From positions 117,801-149,800 of the forward strand of contig CAYZSL010000002.1 in NCBI GenBank assembly GCA_964481125.1: DNA of 32,000 nucleotides, given 5' to 3'. A model generated the notes under the pieces. It made no database searches and had not been told where the DNA came from. It was given only the letters and a program-made list of their open reading frames with translations. Origin of the DNA: an uncultured Candidatus Saccharibacteria bacterium. Its GTDB lineage: Bacteria > Patescibacteriota > Minisyncoccia > Minisyncoccales > RBG-13-42-11. Numbering within the stretch: position 1 is the stretch's first letter; each line of letters starts with the position of its first letter. This document shows positions 1 to 7,891 of the stretch, piece by piece. The position numbers and the translations under genes are program-made.

Positions 1-371
1 ACAATTAAGCCACAGATAACAGGAGTAAAGTTAATTAAAAGGGCGATAATAATTAATTTCGGCAAGGCTTTCTGAGCCTGATAGCCGGTAAGTCGGAGAG
101 CCGTTCCTAATCCGATAACTACCAATGCCAAAACTATAATAATGTTAGCAAAATCTCTAGTTAGTCCCCAACCGACCTCAAGGAAAGCATTATTAGCTGG
201 ATCAGTATAAGAAAGAGAAATAAAATTAGGCGAAAGAACCCAATTCAAAATATTAACAGCAAGCCATAAAAAAGCTCCGCTGATTATCCCTATAACATTA
301 AAAATCAAACCAAATATACTGGCAGCAACGCCCGATAAAGCAGTAGCAATTGCACTAACTATTGGACCCAT
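1..371 (-). CDS. Polytopic membrane protein, N-terminal part only (ORF continues past the left edge). Possibly a VirB6/TrbL-like partner of the adjacent pilin-like genes.
   Basis: Own reverse-strand translation from the ATG (complement of 369-371): MGPIVSAIATALSGVAASIFGLIFNVIGIISGAFLWLAVNILNWVLSPNFISLSYTDPANNAFLEVGWGLTRDFANIIIVLALVVIGLGTALRLTGYQAQKALPKLIIIALLINFTPVICGLI. It stays open to position 1. Several hydrophobic helices. Absent from the ORF track because it is open-ended. The functional label comes from context only. Confidence 0.6.
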   Translation of the reverse strand, partial: MGPIVSAIATALSGVAASIFGLIFNVIGIISGAFLWLAVNILNWVLSPNFISLSYTDPANNAFLEVGWGLTRDFANIIIVLALVVIGLGTALRLTGYQAQKALPKLIIIALLINFTPVICGLI

Positions 372-424
372 AAAATTAATTGTTTTATTATACCATACTA
401 CAAAAGAAAAAAGAAAGACAAATA

Positions 425-453
425 TTGGTCAAGAGCTTAAAACTTGCTATGAT
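425..453 (+). promoter_or_regulatory. Sigma70-like promoter placed for a leaderless or near-leaderless transcript of the 460..2316 gene
   Basis: TTGGTC (425-430), 17 nt spacer, TATGAT (448-453), then 6 nt (aaagca) to the ATG at 460. No Shine-Dalgarno in between. Confidence 0.4.
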
Positions 454-459
454 AAAGCA

Positions 460-2316
460 ATGAAGAAGCTGAAAGTATTTTCTTTTCTTTTGATTCTTAT
501 ATTTTCTTTATTTGCTGCTGGTTTTATTTTTGCTCAAAGACCATTAGAGATTGAATATCCTGAAGCTGGTGGTTTAAGGCCTGAAACTACTATTTTCGGC
601 CTTTCAGCATACGTAAAATATATATTTAATCTTTCAATTATTATTGCTGGATTAATAGCTTTTGCTGGTTTTGTCGCTGGTGGTATAAAATATATAACCT
701 CAACCGGCATCCCTGCTTTTAAAAAAGACGCTGGGGAACAAATGTTCGCTGCTTTTGTCGGTCTTTTGGTGCTTCTTACCTCTTATATGCTTTTAACAAG
801 TATTAACCCAGCATTAACCATGCTGGCAGGTCCGGAAATAATCAAAATCACTCCTGAATTCGTGGAAACGCCTACCCTAGAAAAAGAAACGTTATCATAC
901 ACCGAAATTCCAGTAGGCGCATTAATCCAAGAGCTTTTCCTTGAAGAGAGATTAGATAATTTAAAAACTTTTTCAAAAAAAGTTAGAGATATTTCAAATA
1001 AAATTGAACAAAAAACAAAAGAATTAAATTCTATTATCGCTCAATGCTCCTGCGACAAAGCGCACCCCAATTGTTCCGGAAACAATGAGACAAGTTGCTT
1101 AGCGGGATATTGTTCTGGAGATCCATGTCTAAACAAGAATGCAATTAAACTAAAAAGAAATGAAATTGAAGAGCTTATTAATAATGAAGAAGATGGACTT
1201 ATCTATTGGCAGAAGAAATTAGACAGAGAAATCAACGGCTCTTCCGAAGAAGAAGATGAATACATCGGCTTTAGGCAGATATATGAAGATTTGTTATCAG
1301 CTGAGGAGATGATGAAAAAATGTTCAGCAACTGCTAGCGCCAACGGTAAGCCGCAATTCTTAGTGGCCTACAAAGACTTTTGGGTTTACCAGCAGTATAT
1401 GGCAGAAAAATATATGATAGAGCAATTTTATAGGGAAAGACCTTTTGAATATATTCGTTTACCTAATCATCCTTTCGAGCCAACAACATTTTACTGCTCT
1501 GAAATGCTTTATTCTGTTGTCCCAATAGAGATTGATGAGGATTTAATCGCTGAGCTTGGAAAAGAAATAGAGATTTCCGAAGCCGCGACCTTGTGTAGCA
1601 ATGAAATTTTTATTGGTAAAGATGTTGACAGTACAGAAGAATTAGCTAGAAGGATGCTGGTTGAATTAGATGATATTAATAATAATGCCAAAGAAGAAAT
1701 AAATAATGAGATAGTTTCCACGGCCGATCCGAATGAATGTATAATTTCTACGTGTTCTTCTAATTGCCAGTGGATAGAAAAGCAGTGTATAAAGGGATAT
1801 TATTGTTGTGGTGGTTATGATGATGAAGGAAATTGTATGGAATGGTGTCCAGAGTGGGAAGATTGTAGTGAGTGCAAAACTTATCCCTGTACAGGAAGTG
1901 TTTGCCCTGGAGATCAGCCGAAGAAATCGCAGATTAATTCTCAATATAATCAAATTAAAGAGAACGATTCTGAGATATCTTCATCGTATATAGAGTTAGT
2001 AAATCTTATTCAGGAAAATGTTAGTGACAAATTCCTAAAAATATCGAATATTTTTAAGAGTTTAAGAACCGTACAAAGTCAAACTACAGCTTGTCACAAT
2101 CCCAAAGAGTCTTACATAAAACTCGAAGAAGGAAGAGAAAGCATTGTTTGGAGAGAATTTTTCCTTTGTTCTGATATTAAAGAATTTGCCACAAGAGAAA
2201 CTCCTTTCTACGATGAAGAAGGAGATGTTATAAATGATTGCTATGGCCCGACTTCAGACAACTTAGATTTTATGGATAATTTGTTCTGTTGCAAAGGTGA
2301 ATATGGGCCAGAATAA
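460..2316 (+). CDS. Secreted membrane-anchored protein: signal peptide, VirB2/TrbC-like (T4SS-pilin-like) two-helix module, and a ~480 aa cysteine-rich ectodomain
   Basis: Signal peptide MKKLKVFSFLLILIFSLFAAGFIFA. Two hydrophobic helices flank GGIKYITSTGIP...K, and the second ends LLTSINP. This is the same architecture as the 2341 and 17342 ORFs. The C-terminal part holds about 26 Cys by eye (e.g. CIISTCSSNCQWIEKQCIKGYYCCGG...CMEWCPEWEDCSECKTYPCTGSVCPG). Confidence 0.7.
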   Translation: MKKLKVFSFLLILIFSLFAAGFIFAQRPLEIEYPEAGGLRPETTIFGLSAYVKYIFNLSIIIAGLIAFAGFVAGGIKYITSTGIPAFKKDAGEQMFAAFVGLLVLLTSYMLLTSINPALTMLAGPEIIKITPEFVETPTLEKETLSYTEIPVGALIQELFLEERLDNLKTFSKKVRDISNKIEQKTKELNSIIAQCSCDKAHPNCSGNNETSCLAGYCSGDPCLNKNAIKLKRNEIEELINNEEDGLIYWQKKLDREINGSSEEEDEYIGFRQIYEDLLSAEEMMKKCSATASANGKPQFLVAYKDFWVYQQYMAEKYMIEQFYRERPFEYIRLPNHPFEPTTFYCSEMLYSVVPIEIDEDLIAELGKEIEISEAATLCSNEIFIGKDVDSTEELARRMLVELDDINNNAKEEINNEIVSTADPNECIISTCSSNCQWIEKQCIKGYYCCGGYDDEGNCMEWCPEWEDCSECKTYPCTGSVCPGDQPKKSQINSQYNQIKENDSEISSSYIELVNLIQENVSDKFLKISNIFKSLRTVQSQTTACHNPKESYIKLEEGRESIVWREFFLCSDIKEFATRETPFYDEEGDVINDCYGPTSDNLDFMDNLFCCKGEYGPE

Positions 2317-2340
2317 ATTTGTGTTATAATTTGATAACCT

Positions 2341-3387
2341 ATGTTTAAAAACCTCCCAATAATTATTTCTTTGTCTTTATTAGTTTTATTTTTGGCTAGT
2401 TTTTGTCTAGCGCTAACAGCAGAAGATCGTCCTTTAGAAGTTCCTTTGCCAGAAATCGGCTCAGAATCTGGTATAACAGCCACTCCTCTTTTGCCAGATT
2501 ATATAAAATATATTTTTAATTTTGCCGTAGTTATTTGCGGATTTGTTGCTTTCGGTGTTTTAGTTATGGGTGGCGTAAGATATGTGGCTTCTGCGGGAAA
2601 TCCCTCTACCATGTCGGATGCCAATGGCCAGATGCTCGCTGGTATTATGGGTCTAGTTATTATCCTGGGGTCTTGGCTGATCCTAAACACCATTAATCCA
2701 CAATTAAAGGTTATTAACCTTGAGTATAAAGAATCAGAATTGGTAGATGAAGGAACGGCCGAGGTTTTATTATGTAAAGATTCGGGAACAGAAAACTGTA
2801 AGCTTTTTCAAAGAAGTGTTTCTACATTAGGAGAAATAAATGGTCAGGTTAATTATATAAGATTTAATAATACAGAAGGTATAACATACGGAGCAGTTCT
2901 GCACAGCAAACAGAATTGGCAAGGCAACTGTGTTGTTTGTCTCGAAAGTGGTTGTAACATTGAAAAAGCTAATGGTGGTTATTCTATTACAGTTTTTAGA
3001 CAAGGTGATGGAGGAGGCGGAGGAGGTGTTGCAGTTACTCTTTATGAAGTGGATAGTTATAATGAATTATGTGGAACAGAATGTAAAAATAGCTGTTCTG
3101 GTTTTGGTGAGATATGCGGAGAAAAATGCATAGGATGGCAAGATTGGCTACCTGATTGGACTTGGCGAGGGGGAAAGTGTTGGCCTTTTAATGCTGGTGC
3201 ATACGAAACTACGAATATAGGTCTTTTAGAAAAAGTAAGATCATTTTATATAAATGAAAAAGGCAAGTATTTAGTAGTACGTTTTGATAAAACAAATTTT
3301 GAAGGTAATTGTGAAGTCCACCGCTATAGCTCTATGAACATCGGAGCTCAAGTAGTTAAGTCTTTAAAAGTTATCCCTATAAAATAA
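2341..3387 (+). CDS. Tandem paralog: signal peptide, VirB2/TrbC-like pilin module, and a ~230 aa cysteine-rich ectodomain with a poly-Gly tract
   Basis: The N-terminus aligns with the previous ORF: RPLEV.LPE.G, YIKYIFNF, GGVRYVASAGNPS, SWLILNTINPQL. About 12 Cys lie in the ectodomain, plus GDGGGGGGV. Extended -10 TGtTATAAT at 2322-2330, 10 nt before the ATG. Confidence 0.7.
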   Translation: MFKNLPIIISLSLLVLFLASFCLALTAEDRPLEVPLPEIGSESGITATPLLPDYIKYIFNFAVVICGFVAFGVLVMGGVRYVASAGNPSTMSDANGQMLAGIMGLVIILGSWLILNTINPQLKVINLEYKESELVDEGTAEVLLCKDSGTENCKLFQRSVSTLGEINGQVNYIRFNNTEGITYGAVLHSKQNWQGNCVVCLESGCNIEKANGGYSITVFRQGDGGGGGGVAVTLYEVDSYNELCGTECKNSCSGFGEICGEKCIGWQDWLPDWTWRGGKCWPFNAGAYETTNIGLLEKVRSFYINEKGKYLVVRFDKTNFEGNCEVHRYSSMNIGAQVVKSLKVIPIK

Positions 3388-4109
3388 GATTTTGTTAAAT
3401 TCATCCAATCTTTCAAACCAAGGGTTTCAGCCCTTTGAGAAGGTTGGATTTTGTTTTTCAAAAGCCAATTTTCTACATTTTTTTTGTCTATTTTTAAACC
3501 TCGAGAAAGATTGTTTATCAATTGCTTTCTAGGCTGGCAAAATCCAGCCTTAACGATTTTAAAGAATAAATCTCTTTTTTCAGAATAGGCGTAATTTGAA
3601 AGGCAGGGAGAAATTTTAATAACAGCAGAGTCAACTTTCGGTACAGGCCAGAATGATTTTCTGGAAATATAGCTGACAATTTCTACTTTAGCGTAAGCCT
3701 GAACAGAAACAGCTAAAATGCTCATTTTCGGAGGACTGGCGCAGATTCTTTGTCCTACTTCTTTTTGGACAACCAAAACCATTTGTTGGGGAGGATTATC
3801 AATAGCCTCAAGAAAGCGGCGGATAACAGGAGCAGTTAAATAAAAAGGGAGATTAGCCACTATCTTATAGTTTTTAAACTCAGGAATAAACTTTAGAATG
3901 TCTTTATTAATGATTTCTAAGTTTTTATTATTAAAGCTTTCTTTTAGCAGTTCAACCATATTCTTGTCTTTTTCTACAGCAATCACTTTTTTAACCTTTT
4001 GAACTAGTTCTTTAGTCAAAACTCCTAGGCCCGGCCCTATCTCCAAAACCAAATCTTCCGAATTCAAGTCAGCTGCCTTAATAATCTTTTTAATTGCTCT
4101 GCTGTCCAC
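3348..4109 (-). CDS. rsmA: 16S rRNA (adenine1518/1519-N6)-dimethyltransferase RsmA/KsgA. The ORF as tracked starts at GTG just downstream of an in-frame TAG (see finding).
   Basis: SAM-binding motif LEIGPGLGVLTKEL, NLPFYLTAPVI and overall KsgA/Erm layout. Stop is TGA (complement of 3348-3350). The same frame continues upstream to an ATG at 4203-4205 and is interrupted only by TAG at 4119-4121. Confidence 0.85.
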   Translation of the reverse strand: MDSRAIKKIIKAADLNSEDLVLEIGPGLGVLTKELVQKVKKVIAVEKDKNMVELLKESFNNKNLEIINKDILKFIPEFKNYKIVANLPFYLTAPVIRRFLEAIDNPPQQMVLVVQKEVGQRICASPPKMSILAVSVQAYAKVEIVSYISRKSFWPVPKVDSAVIKISPCLSNYAYSEKRDLFFKIVKAGFCQPRKQLINNLSRGLKIDKKNVENWLLKNKIQPSQRAETLGLKDWMNLTKSYFIGITFKDLTT

Positions 4110-4290
4110 TAAAAAGTTCTACCCCAGTCTTTTTAGGGGCTTAATTCGCTCGCTTTTCAGAAGATTTTTAATATTTTTCTTGTAAGATAAGTCCATTAAA
4201 GGCATTTTAGCATCATTTTACGGTGTGGAAAACCTGAGCTTTTTGCCCTTGACTTCCTCCACGGAAAGGGTAACCTTAAAGAAGTTTATA

Positions 4291-5391
4291 ATGATTGATT
4301 ATCTGAGTATTAACAAGCTGTTTAATATCGTTTGCAAAAAAACCAAGGGTTCTATAAAGACCCCTTGTATTTGTATGGGCATAATCGCTCTTTTTTTATT
4401 TGTTTTTGTCAGTTTCAGCCCTGCTTTGGTTTTAAATTCTTTTGCCGACAAAAGCGACCCTTGCTTGGTTGAGGAAGATGTCCAGGAAAGCAACTTATTT
4501 TGTGCTCCGATAAAAAGCTTTTCGCCAGAATCCCCAGAATTTGTTTTAATTGGGAATAGTAGCATGATAGCTTCCACTCCTCCGAATACTTTCTCCTCCC
4601 AGGTTTTAGGAGCTTTGGTTATAGGCTATGAATCAGAAGACGTTAAAAAAGTGATTACTGAGTATATTGTTGAAGAAGGAGATACTTTATGGTCTTTGGT
4701 TGAGGAATTCAATATTTCCATGAATACCATTCTTTGGGCCAACGATTTAAGCGAAAACTCAATAGTCAAGCCGGGCCAAAAGCTGGTTATTCTGCCAGTT
4801 TCTAGTTTGGTTCATCACGTAAAATCAGGAGATACTATATCCAGCATCGCCCAAACTTACAAGGGCAAGACAGAAGAAATAATTGCTTTTAACGATCTGG
4901 CTAATGAAAATGCTGTCTATATCGGGGACATTATTATTGTTCCTAATGGTGCGATGCCTTCTGTTATTGTCCAAGAGCAGCAGGCTCCCAGTAGCGTTCC
5001 TTTAGCCAGCAGCTATTTTATCTGTCCTCACGCAGCTTGCCACATCACTCAATGGCTTCACTGGTATAATGCAATTGATTTTGACGGCAAGTGCGGAGAT
5101 CCGATTAGAGCTGCAGCAGCTGGTACGGTTTTGAAGGTACAACTGACAAGCTCTACTTCCCGTTGGGCTTTTGGAGGCGCTGGCAATCACATAACAATAT
5201 TGCATCTCAATGGGGTGGTAACAATGTACGGCCATCTTTCCGCCAGCTTGGTAAATCCGGGAGATGTCGTTTCTCAAGGACAAATTATCGCTTTAATGGG
5301 TGGTCAGCCAGGAACGCCTGGGGCAGGGCTTTCAACCGGTTGTCATGTTCATTTTGGAGTGACAGGCGCTATAAACCCTTTTAACAGATAA
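4291..5391 (+). CDS. Secreted peptidoglycan hydrolase: signal/TM segment, two LysM domains and an M23 (LytM-type) metallopeptidase domain
   Basis: LysM repeats YIVEEGDTLWSLVEEFNISMNTILWANDL...GQKLVILP and HHVKSGDTISSIAQTYKGKTEEIIAFNDL...IGDIIIVP. M23 motifs GNHITILH...YGHLS...GQIIALMG and GCHVHFGV. The ORF track begins at GTG 4225. ATG 4291 (MIDYLS...) or the later MGIIALFLF are likelier starts, so the start is uncertain. Confidence 0.8.
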   Translation: MIDYLSINKLFNIVCKKTKGSIKTPCICMGIIALFLFVFVSFSPALVLNSFADKSDPCLVEEDVQESNLFCAPIKSFSPESPEFVLIGNSSMIASTPPNTFSSQVLGALVIGYESEDVKKVITEYIVEEGDTLWSLVEEFNISMNTILWANDLSENSIVKPGQKLVILPVSSLVHHVKSGDTISSIAQTYKGKTEEIIAFNDLANENAVYIGDIIIVPNGAMPSVIVQEQQAPSSVPLASSYFICPHAACHITQWLHWYNAIDFDGKCGDPIRAAAAGTVLKVQLTSSTSRWAFGGAGNHITILHLNGVVTMYGHLSASLVNPGDVVSQGQIIALMGGQPGTPGAGLSTGCHVHFGVTGAINPFNR

Positions 5392-5508
5392 AACAAAAAT
5401 TCCATGCCTATTTTCCTATACGTACTAACTCTTTTTACGGACGGCCATATAAAACACATTTTGCATTATCTGGATCAGCAAATATTCTAATTGATTTTAT
5501 GGTTAAAA

Positions 5509-5538
5509 CAAAAAAGCCTCTTGATCGAGGCGTTTTTT
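5509..5538. terminator. Putative bidirectional intrinsic terminator between convergent genes
   Basis: A-run, GCCTC (5516-5520), loop ttgatc, GAGGC (5527-5531), then TTTTTT (5533-5538). The stem is only 5 bp. Confidence 0.45.
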
Positions 5539-5552
5539 AATACATATATATA

Positions 5553-5927
5553 CTATTTTCCTTCGCACTTCATACAAAGCCTGGCCGCAGGATAAACTTT
5601 CAGTCTTTCTTTATCTATTTCTTCTTTGCAGTTTTCGCACTTGTCGTAATTACCTTTTGTTATTTTATCTAAAGCCAGATTAATGTCTTTTAGCTGGTTT
5701 TCCAGATTGTATTCCAGGGGCAAAAGAGTACTGTATTCTTCCACTTCGTCAGCTGCTTTTTCCAGAGCGGCTGAGCCCGATTCGCCGCTGTCAAAGCTGG
5801 GAAAGCGGGTATCCCAGTCTCCCTTGACCCTGTCGTCTTTCTTGGCGATTTTCTCAAGCTGTGATTCAATATTCTTTTTTTCCTGTTCTAACTTTTCTTT
5901 TAGCTGATTCAGCAGTTTTTTGTCCAT
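5553..5927 (-). CDS. DksA/TraR-family C4 zinc-finger protein
   Basis: C-terminal CENCKEEIDKERLKVYPAARLCMKCE (CxxC-x17-CxxC) preceded by a coiled-coil-like acidic region. Its ATG overlaps the stop of the upstream GH3 gene (TAATG). Confidence 0.75.
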   Translation of the reverse strand: MDKKLLNQLKEKLEQEKKNIESQLEKIAKKDDRVKGDWDTRFPSFDSGESGSAALEKAADEVEEYSTLLPLEYNLENQLKDINLALDKITKGNYDKCENCKEEIDKERLKVYPAARLCMKCEGK

Positions 5928-7885
5928 TACATTAAGCTGTTTTTAATATTAATAATCTTAAATATGGCTGCTTCTACCTTATCTTTGGATATTTCTCCGT
6001 TTCTGAACGCTTCAGCGAAAGCATCCAGGCCTTCGGCAACGCCTATTTCCCATCCAGAAAAAAACATGACATCAGCCCCAGCTTCAATCGGTTTTGTCAC
6101 AATATCCTTTAAAGAGAATTTGTCTGAAAGATAGGTTTGCGCCAAATCGTCTGTCATAATTATTACTTTTGAGCCCAAGTTATTCTTTAAATACTGGATG
6201 GCTTTTGGAGAAAAGGCAAAAGGCATAGAAGAATCCAGATTGGTATACACCATATTAGCAGTCATGACGAATTCTGGATTGGCTTGAATTGCTTTTTTAA
6301 ATTGGGATATTGTAGGCAACGTGCTTGTCTCAGCCAAGGATTCTTCGGGATTAAAAGTAATTCCAGAGTACCCAGGGAAGTGCTTCATAGCAGTCAGAAT
6401 GCCAGCGCCCTTCTGGCCGTCAATGAAAGATTTTGCCAAATTGCCTGAAGTTAGCGCATCCTTTTCAAAAGTTCTGTCGAAAAGAAAATCTTCTTCTCCG
6501 ACCTGGTCCAAAAGTGGAGCCAGATTGAGATTTATTCCCAATTCTTTCAATTCCTGGCCTCTCACTGAACCTATTTGAAAAGCCTGGTCAACTGATTCAA
6601 TTTCCGACTGGGCAGTTTTCTCCTGGAGAAAGTCTATTCTGGAAATAGTGCCGCCCTCCTGGTCAACAGCGACAAAAAGAGGCAGGCCGGTTTCCTGCAA
6701 AGAAAGAATCTGCAGATCGCCAATGAGTTTTTTCAGTTGCTCCTCGTTCTCAATGTTTTTTGACAGCAAAAGAATGCCTCCTGGCCTGTATTTTTTAAAG
6801 AAATCTGCCAGCTCAGTCGTTAAAGCGATTCCGTCAAATCCGACAATGAATAGCTGGCCGATTTGTTTTTCCAGTTTTGCCGCATCTGCTGCCTCAAACG
6901 TTTTTTTCATGCTTTCAAAAGAGGTGGCAAAAATAAAGTAATCATCAAGCAGAGCGTAGCAGATTCCGAAATCTTCTTTGGAAATGGTCAGAAATCTGAA
7001 GCTTTTTCCCTGGTAAGAGCTGTTTTTGAAAGAAGAAGCCAGGGCTTTAGTTTCTTTGCCCAGGGCAGCAAAGAGGATTTCAGTATCTGCTTCCATTGTC
7101 ATTTCCCAAGAAATCATTAAGTGAGAAATGTCTCCCTTTGTTTTTGTCATAAAGCCCAGGCGGTTAACTCCCTTGATTGAGTAGATAAACAAAGTAAAGT
7201 CATCTTCTAATCCGAATGAAACTTCTTCTGGAATTTTCATCGCAAAAGCTCCAAGAAATTCATTTAAACCGACAATTTTGTTTTCTGCCGTATTCTGGAA
7301 TAGAATCCTTGTATATCCATCCTCATAGGTTTTTTGCATAATCTGGGAAAACATCTGGGGAATGGCTGCTGCATTCGTGATCTCCATGGTTTCGGTAGAG
7401 CCAGCTGAAATTAAGGAAGCAGGAATAACAATTTTTGGTTTCTCGACGACTTCTTCGGTCGGCGTGGTTTCTGTTGTGATTTCTGTTTCCGGTTTGGCTA
7501 TTTCTCCTTTGGGCAATTTGCCTACAGTAAAAAGCCAGTAGAAAAAACCAACAAGAAGTAAAATAATAACAACAGCTGATATTCTGATCAGGATTTTTTT
7601 GAAAGAAGATGATGGTTTTTGCGTTTGGGGAATTAAGGTTTGGGGAGCTTCTTCTACGGCTGCTTCTTTTGGTAAAGCAGCGCTTTCTCTCGGCAAAAGA
7701 ATCCCTGGTTTTTCTGTTGGCGCTTCTTTTTTCACTTCCCCCAAAGCAGCCACTCTTGTTTTTTCTTTTTCAGCTTCTCCTTCCCTCAGTTTGGCAAGGT
7801 CTCTTTGCATTGTTTTTGCCTCGCCCCTTTTTAAAAACTCAAGCATTTCTTCTTTGTTTTCTTCTGGCTGAGGATTGTTTTCCAT
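5927..7885 (-). CDS. Membrane-anchored glycoside hydrolase family 3 (NagZ-like) protein with a long N-terminal extension of unknown function
   Basis: Charged N-terminus, one TM helix (ILIRISAVVIILLLVGFFYWLF) and a ~200 aa unassigned domain. GH3 N-domain motifs follow: QLFIVGFDG, PGGILLL, PLFVAVDQEGGTISR, MKHFPGYSG, VIIMTDDL. Confidence 0.7.
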   Translation of the reverse strand: MENNPQPEENKEEMLEFLKRGEAKTMQRDLAKLREGEAEKEKTRVAALGEVKKEAPTEKPGILLPRESAALPKEAAVEEAPQTLIPQTQKPSSSFKKILIRISAVVIILLLVGFFYWLFTVGKLPKGEIAKPETEITTETTPTEEVVEKPKIVIPASLISAGSTETMEITNAAAIPQMFSQIMQKTYEDGYTRILFQNTAENKIVGLNEFLGAFAMKIPEEVSFGLEDDFTLFIYSIKGVNRLGFMTKTKGDISHLMISWEMTMEADTEILFAALGKETKALASSFKNSSYQGKSFRFLTISKEDFGICYALLDDYFIFATSFESMKKTFEAADAAKLEKQIGQLFIVGFDGIALTTELADFFKKYRPGGILLLSKNIENEEQLKKLIGDLQILSLQETGLPLFVAVDQEGGTISRIDFLQEKTAQSEIESVDQAFQIGSVRGQELKELGINLNLAPLLDQVGEEDFLFDRTFEKDALTSGNLAKSFIDGQKGAGILTAMKHFPGYSGITFNPEESLAETSTLPTISQFKKAIQANPEFVMTANMVYTNLDSSMPFAFSPKAIQYLKNNLGSKVIIMTDDLAQTYLSDKFSLKDIVTKPIEAGADVMFFSGWEIGVAEGLDAFAEAFRNGEISKDKVEAAIFKIINIKNSLM

Positions 7886-7891
7886 AGAGGT

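Noticed and set aside
1509-1993. Several 60-95 aa ORFs on both strands inside the 460..2316 gene, with similar sets inside the GH3 gene, pnp, hppA, rny and cca
   Set aside because: All are nested in longer ORFs with recognisable domains. They have low-complexity translations and no start context. Treated as shadow ORFs.
3001-3027. Gly-tract coding region (ggtgatggaggaggcggaggaggtgtt) as a slippage or phase-variation tract
   Set aside because: Mixed GGA/GGC/GGT codons, not a homopolymer or perfect short tandem repeat, so slipped-strand switching is unlikely.
3348-3387. 40-nt overlap of the convergent 3' ends of the 2341 gene and rsmA
   Set aside because: This is real in the sequence, but short convergent overlaps are common in compact genomes. 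No hairpin or other signal was seen, so it is noted only as compaction.
4119-4121. TAG in rsmA as evidence of stop-codon reassignment (TAG=Gln), or more generally an alternative genetic code
   Set aside because: TAG ends rny (19416-19418) and the 31215 gene (31815-31817) at positions consistent with full-length proteins. TGA ends rsmA itself and TAA ends most genes. All long conserved genes read through cleanly under code 11, so there is no sign of UGA=Gly (code 25) either.
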